From contig JAWOFX010000093.1 in the NCBI GenBank assembly GCA_046497275.1, positions 1 through 22,848 of the forward strand: a stretch of 22,848 bases of DNA, in the 5' to 3' direction. Source of the stretch: Promethearchaeia archaeon. Its GTDB lineage: Archaea; Asgardarchaeota; Lokiarchaeia; Sigyniarchaeales; SOKP01. Positions 17,762 to 22,848 of the stretch are shown here, piece after piece. The first letter of the stretch is position 1. Each line of letters starts with the position of its first letter. Both the position numbers and the translations under genes were made by a program. The notes beneath the pieces are model-generated. The model worked only from the letters and a program-made list of their open reading frames with translations, had not been told where the DNA came from and ran no database searches.

Positions 17762-17962
17762 ATGATTGAGGAACCAACAGAATTTTTAAAAAATTTATAT
17801 TATCAGATGGAGAGAAAGGCACAATTTTTAGAAGAAAATGCTAATACATTTAGAGACCAAGTGAGAAAATGCATGGAAAGTTTTGAGGAAATATATTATC
17901 GGGAAGCATATAAGGAGATGCTTGATGAATTCATAAAACTAGTTAAAAAACAAAGAAAATAG
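17762..17962 (+). CDS. Small helical hypothetical protein
   Basis: 66 aa, ATG start, amphipathic charged helical composition, fills an intergenic gap. No family recognised. Confidence 0.55.
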   Translation: MIEEPTEFLKNLYYQMERKAQFLEENANTFRDQVRKCMESFEEIYYREAYKEMLDEFIKLVKKQRK

Positions 17963-18037
17963 ATCCTTTATGTTCTGTTCTTAAATACCAGAATTTTTAT
18001 AAAAAATAGAAAGGATTTGACTAATATTTTTAAACAT

Positions 18038-18469
18038 TTACTCTCCCATAATAGTGCAGTAGATAGTTCGATTTCTTCTTTTTTCATCAAATTCTAAATA
18101 TATTATCTGTTGCCATGTTCCAAGTATGGCTTTCCCATTCTGAACCGGAAATGTTTCCGAAGATCCGATAAGAAACGATCTTAAATGTCCCGCTCCGTTA
18201 TGATCACCCCATGTATTATGATGGGCATAATCTTTGTCATAAGGAATAATTTTTTCGAGAAATTTTTCGATATCTGTTTTAACTAAACCAGGTTCGTATT
18301 CTGTTGTAGAGATCCCTCCCGTGGACCCCGCAACATGGACATTGACTAATCCATCCTTAATATTGCTTTCCTTGATCGTCTGTTGCACTTGGTCAGTTAT
18401 ATTAATAATATCGCAATAAGGTTTAGTACTTATAGAGAAAGTTTTTATTTCAATTACCAATTTTTTCAC
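18038..18469 (-). CDS. YjbQ/UPF0047 family protein (secondary thiamine-phosphate synthase-like)
   Basis: DIINITDQV, GSTGGISTTEYEPG, YAHH..DHNGAGHLRSFLIG, LGTWQQIIYLEFD. Confidence 0.92.
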   Translation of the reverse strand: MKKLVIEIKTFSISTKPYCDIINITDQVQQTIKESNIKDGLVNVHVAGSTGGISTTEYEPGLVKTDIEKFLEKIIPYDKDYAHHNTWGDHNGAGHLRSFLIGSSETFPVQNGKAILGTWQQIIYLEFDEKRRNRTIYCTIMGE

Positions 18470-18586
18470 ATCAGTTTGGTTTAAATATTAAATTCATTTA
18501 TTACTACTAAATAATTTAAAAATTGTATTAAATTTAAGTTAAATAATTTAGGAGCTCTCCAAAAAAGAGCAAAAATCTTTAAATTT

Positions 18587-19450
18587 ATGAGTGAAGATAA
18601 GTCAAAAAATGACCTGAAAGTGTGTTTTATTTGCGGAGCACCTCATTCAGGATCAACTTTATTAGGATTAATACTTGGAAGTCACTCACAATGTTTTTAT
18701 GCGGGAGAGGCAAATAAAGTTAAATTTCTAAACACAAATAAAAGTCATCCAGATAGATACTGTAAGATATGTGGACCAGATTGTGAAATTTGGGGAGATT
18801 TTATATATGAGAAAAATATTAATCTTTATGAGTGGCTCTCCAGCAAAACTTTGAAGCCTATAATTATTGATTCTACTAAAAATCTCGAATGGATAGATAT
18901 GCAAATAAAAAGAGTAAGAAAGCTGAGAATTGAAATTTATCTTGTATATTTATTGAGAGACGGGAGGGCTGTAATTAATTCAAGGCTTAGAAAATATAAA
19001 AATTCAGAACCTATTGATTTGATTAATGAATGGGTAACCCATGTGAAAAATACGAACCAATTTTTTCAAAAATTTGATGGAGATAAATTTCAAATGCATT
19101 ATGAAGATCTTGCTACAAATCCAGAAAAGAGCATCAAATCAGCATGTAAGTTTTTAAAAATAGAATATGAACCTTCCATGCTTCATTATTATACTCATAC
19201 CCATCATCCCCTTGGAGGAAATACGGGGACACAATCTCTTATTATTAAAGCCCAAAAATCAAGACTCGAAAATCAATTTATTCATTTAAGCGAACGAAAT
19301 GAATATTATTATGCGGATCATCCTTTATCGATAAAATTAGATTTTCGCTGGAATGATGAGCTGGATCCAGAGATTCAGAATCTATTTGAAAAACATGCAG
19401 GGTATATTAATGAAAGCTTAAAATGGGATAATAATGAAAAAAAGATATAA
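18587..19450 (+). CDS. PAPS-dependent sulfotransferase
   Basis: 5'-PSB loop GAPHSGSTLL, IIDSTK, 3'-PB LLRDGRAVINS, MHYEDLATNPE; also a CKIC..C Cys cluster. Confidence 0.88.
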   Translation: MSEDKSKNDLKVCFICGAPHSGSTLLGLILGSHSQCFYAGEANKVKFLNTNKSHPDRYCKICGPDCEIWGDFIYEKNINLYEWLSSKTLKPIIIDSTKNLEWIDMQIKRVRKLRIEIYLVYLLRDGRAVINSRLRKYKNSEPIDLINEWVTHVKNTNQFFQKFDGDKFQMHYEDLATNPEKSIKSACKFLKIEYEPSMLHYYTHTHHPLGGNTGTQSLIIKAQKSRLENQFIHLSERNEYYYADHPLSIKLDFRWNDELDPEIQNLFEKHAGYINESLKWDNNEKKI

Positions 19451-19491
19451 CTATTAGAAATAAAAATAATAAGTAAGATGTAAATATAAGA

Positions 19492-20868
19492 TTAAATAAT
19501 CTCAAATAATTGCTCGTTTGTTTTGACATCTGGAAACGTGGTTCTGATAAGGGGACGATTTAAAAAATGACATAATTTTTTCCAGGCTCCTTCTTCAAAT
19601 ATGTTCAAAATCAATAATTTTTCTGGCTTATCTTTGAAATAATCCAATACATTCTTAAAATGGAGATCATATACATAGGACATCCTTTCTCTATTAAATC
19701 GATAAGTTCCATATACACTTGCTCTTAAAAGCCTTCGAATTTTCATATAGGTTTCAGTTTGAGTTGGGTCTTCGAATGGATGTCTATCACTCCAATGTTT
19801 AACAAATGAATTGAGCCAAGCATCTTTATCGCGAATAGTGAGAATAAATTTACTTTTAGGATAAATTTTCTCCAATTGTGCATAATAGGGAGATACGGTT
19901 ATATCTGAGATTCCATCATAATCATTTAAAACTGAGAAATTGTATTTTCCGGAACTTAGTTCTTCAAATGTTAGTTTATCGCTTGGGTAATGAATGATAT
20001 TATATCCTAAAATATATAAAGCAACAGTTAAACTTTTAGTTCCAGTTCTACTTAATCCGATACAAAAGATTTTCTCATCATTTTCTGACTGTCCAAGTGT
20101 ATTATACGCTACTCTTAAATCCAAGACTTCGTGAAGCTTTAATTTAGGTTTTTCATGAAGATTTAGTTGTGCTATTTGATCTTTTGCGATAAAAGGCAAT
20201 TTTTCAATGAAATCTGCAATAGCTATCGGTTGTGCATCATATGGTATATAGTTACGTGTGTATTTTACTGCTTGTCTCGCAATAACATAATCTAAATCTT
20301 CGTTATGCCAGTTTGCCATGCAATATTCTAATTTTAATTTTCTATGCTCTGATCTACTTCTAAGTTCTCGAAGCGCATATTTTATGAAAATATCATTATA
20401 ATATTGGAAGAAATCATGAAATATTCTAAATTTCTTAAAGACTTTTTTCTCTCCCAAATTGTCTAACGCAATATTTCTTACTCTTGATTCAGGTCTCAAG
20501 ATATATTTCAAATCTCCCTCAGAAATATCTACTTTTTTCATTTCCTCTACTACATCTCTTCTTGTGATATGAGTTCCAGTGTGAATTATGCCTCTAAATT
20601 TATCTAACACGAAGCAATCTATATAAGGATCTTCATTTGTTTCAATAAAGTCTCTCATATTATCCATAATCAGACAATCAGCATCCATAAACACAATATA
20701 GTCACCTGAATAATCTATATTTAAGATGTACTTCATAGCTTTCGCAAAAGGCTTTATATTCTCTATGATATGAACTTTATCAGGATTTATATTCTTAAGA
20801 GCAAAATCAAGCGCTATATCTGAGGTTCTCTCTCCTATGGTTCTAAACACTAATTCTATATTTTTCAT
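19492..20868 (-). CDS. Fusion of GT-A-like (DxD) glycosyltransferase domain and sulfotransferase domain
   Basis: N-terminal Rossmann-like start with YIVFMDADCL (DxD). C-terminal IFCIGLSRTGTKSL..LGY, KFILTIRDKDAWLNS, LLILN...W..LCHFL...FP..N (Sulfotransfer_4-like). Confidence 0.8.
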   Translation of the reverse strand: MKNIELVFRTIGERTSDIALDFALKNINPDKVHIIENIKPFAKAMKYILNIDYSGDYIVFMDADCLIMDNMRDFIETNEDPYIDCFVLDKFRGIIHTGTHITRRDVVEEMKKVDISEGDLKYILRPESRVRNIALDNLGEKKVFKKFRIFHDFFQYYNDIFIKYALRELRSRSEHRKLKLEYCMANWHNEDLDYVIARQAVKYTRNYIPYDAQPIAIADFIEKLPFIAKDQIAQLNLHEKPKLKLHEVLDLRVAYNTLGQSENDEKIFCIGLSRTGTKSLTVALYILGYNIIHYPSDKLTFEELSSGKYNFSVLNDYDGISDITVSPYYAQLEKIYPKSKFILTIRDKDAWLNSFVKHWSDRHPFEDPTQTETYMKIRRLLRASVYGTYRFNRERMSYVYDLHFKNVLDYFKDKPEKLLILNIFEEGAWKKLCHFLNRPLIRTTFPDVKTNEQLFEII

Positions 20869-21243
20869 CTTTATTTTTTTTTCTCACATTTGGTTTGATT
20901 GAAAATGCCTTTGATTTTTTTTCTTTACTAAAATTTCTATTGGATAAATATTTTAACCCAGATATTAAAATTCTATATTTTATTAACATTTTTATTATTT
21001 ATATTTATTAATTTTTTAACACGTAATTATTGGGTATTTCTCGTATATATTATTAATTTGATGACCTCGTAAATTAACTCTTAAAAAATTATGTCTCTCT
21101 GTAAAAATTATACAACAATCTCTTTTAATATTTATGATTTTTTAGGAAATTTTAAAAATTAAATTATAACAGAAAGTTCTAGTATAAATATTTTAATAAA
21201 ATCTATTTTATAGAAAATTAATTTCTGTGCGATATTATTAATC

Positions 21244-22272
21244 CTATTGCTTATAGCATTTTTTATATTTATTTATTTGCTCTAAAATACTCAATGGGAG
21301 ACTCTTCTCATCTGAATATTTAAGAGTTAATATTTTAGAAAGAACAAGTAATTCTTTTTGATTCAATCCCTCAATATTACTCCACCCTTTAGTTCTTGCC
21401 TCGATACAGATATAATTTTCTATCTCACGTTTTTTATAACATTTTTTATCCTTACATTTTTCACAATTTTTCGGGATATAATATACATTACCGTTTCTTA
21501 AAAAGATAGAAAAAGTTCCAAAATTTTTATTATATATTTTAATCCATTCGGGTCTTATTTCTTCATAATCGATTTTTAATTTGTCAAGATACTGCCTTAA
21601 AGTCTCTACATCAATTCGACAGCTAGTAACAGAGGATTCGGTAGGTTCATAATAATCATGACAGTCGTATTTAATGGTTTTATCACCTATTAAATTTTCT
21701 AGAGAAATAAAACCTATGATAAAATGATCATTGTATTGATCATATTTTATTTTTCTTAGAAATAATGAACTAATTTGGCCGAAGATCTCCTTAGCGTTCG
21801 AAAATCTTTCTATTTTTAATTTCTCTTCAGAAATAATTTTTTCAAAATCCTCTGAAGTAAAATACGCTTGCTTTATTTCTTCTTCTGTCTTATTATCCAA
21901 AATGACGCAGAAAATAACTGTTATAATAGGAATTCTTGTCTTGAGCTCTTGTAGATATTGTAATATTTGCTCTATACAATCCTCAGAGATTAATACAATA
22001 ACGGCTTCAGAACCATTATAAAAAGTGCTCCTCAAAAATGCTTTCTCTTGCGAACAATTAATATTCCACAGGAAGAATTCAAAATTTTGGTTCTGAGTGA
22101 GTAAATCAACTTTTGATATATTGACTCCTATATTATTCTTATTTTCCATAGAAAGAGAGCTGGTGCTTAAAATATTCTGGAATTCATTTTTAATTTCTTC
22201 TACACCCCCAAGTAGGCAGACTTTTTTTTTAAAATATACCTCTTTTAAATTAGATTTTAGAGAATTCATCAC
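21244..22272 (-). CDS. Degenerate Rab/Ras-like GTPase-fold protein with Cys-rich C-terminal domain
   Basis: KVCLLGG (beta1), IGVNI (switch I-like), FFLWN (G3 position), FYNGSEAVIVL (Rab YYRGA-like). G1 and G3 are non-canonical. C-terminal CEKCKDKKC...C. GGAGG SD at 22282-22286; start probably ATG 22269. Confidence 0.65.
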   Translation of the reverse strand: MMNSLKSNLKEVYFKKKVCLLGGVEEIKNEFQNILSTSSLSMENKNNIGVNISKVDLLTQNQNFEFFLWNINCSQEKAFLRSTFYNGSEAVIVLISEDCIEQILQYLQELKTRIPIITVIFCVILDNKTEEEIKQAYFTSEDFEKIISEEKLKIERFSNAKEIFGQISSLFLRKIKYDQYNDHFIIGFISLENLIGDKTIKYDCHDYYEPTESSVTSCRIDVETLRQYLDKLKIDYEEIRPEWIKIYNKNFGTFSIFLRNGNVYYIPKNCEKCKDKKCYKKREIENYICIEARTKGWSNIEGLNQKELLVLSKILTLKYSDEKSLPLSILEQINKYKKCYKQ

Positions 22273-22402
22273 AATTATCTGCCTCCAAAATATTTGTATG
22301 ATAAAGTAAGGGGTTTAAGCTGATCATATTATAAGAATACAAATTAATATTTGTTATTATTGATTTAAATAATTAACATTTATCAAATATTTTTTTATTA
22401 TT

Positions 22403-22831
22403 ATGAGTGATAAGTATAGTGAGCTATTAGATAAAATACACGATAAAAAAGGTAAAATTCCGGTCTATCTAACAATAACCATACGTACTGGTAAAAAGAA
22501 GGATATTTTGGATATCAAGATTAAAAAAGAGAAGTCGAATATCTTAAAAGTCCTTGCACATGAAAAAGATCAGAAAGGTTGGTATTTGCATTCTTATCAT
22601 ATACCCTTAAAAAATCTGGGTTTACCCGAGGATGCAAAGAATAAAGAAATTTTACCATATCTTACTAAACCTGAAACTATTTTGAGTGATAAATACACGA
22701 AAGAACTAATCCAAGAGATATTACAGAAATATATTGAAATTCATGCAGAGCGCAAGAAACACTTTTTTAGAACCGAAAGATTTAAAGTTAAAAAGGACTT
22801 TAGTATGGGTACAAAAAAGAAAGGGTTCTAA
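22403..22831 (+). CDS. Hypothetical protein
   Basis: Complete 142-aa ORF with ATG start and Lys-rich composition; no family recognised. Confidence 0.65.
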   Translation: MSDKYSELLDKIHDKKGKIPVYLTITIRTGKKKDILDIKIKKEKSNILKVLAHEKDQKGWYLHSYHIPLKNLGLPEDAKNKEILPYLTKPETILSDKYTKELIQEILQKYIEIHAERKKHFFRTERFKVKKDFSMGTKKKGF

Positions 22832-22848
22832 TATTATTTAATTTTTGA

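Noticed and set aside
20843-20989. 48-aa ORF overlapping the start of the GT-sulfotransferase gene, joinable by a +1 shift at an A9 run
   Set aside because: Low-complexity Lys/Ile-rich peptide in very AT-rich DNA. The downstream gene already has a good ATG and a plausible domain start.
22097-22309. 70-aa + strand ORF
   Set aside because: Antisense to the GTPase-like gene; no motif.
1-22848. CRISPR arrays, tRNA/rRNA genes, transposases or terminal inverted repeats
   Set aside because: No regularly spaced repeats, GC-rich structured RNA segments or transposase/integrase motifs seen.

Overview
AT-rich, gene-dense archaeal window. The GTP-type PEPCK, archaeal TrpRS and group II chaperonin, together with eukaryotic-signature proteins (an actin-related protein, a Rag-family GTPase with a roadblock-like tail, a degenerate Rab-like GTPase, and a VWA + C4HC3 finger protein), point to an Asgard archaeon, probably Lokiarchaeia-like (inference). 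It holds about 23 protein genes and no recognisable rRNA, tRNA, CRISPR array or mobile element. The most striking locus is 10764-11701 (-). Two adjacent ORFs there are the halves of one ~312-aa actin-family protein, split by a -1 frameshift that maps to a T9 run. The protein lacks most of subdomain 4 and the D-loop, and the gene lies directly upstream of a co-oriented thermosome/CCT gene. Also notable: an Fe-S protein gene broken by an in-frame TGA, an HD-hydrolase/nucleotidyltransferase pair, a glycosyltransferase-sulfotransferase fusion facing a second sulfotransferase, and a pseudo-GTPase. All family assignments come from motif recognition by eye; no database searches were run.
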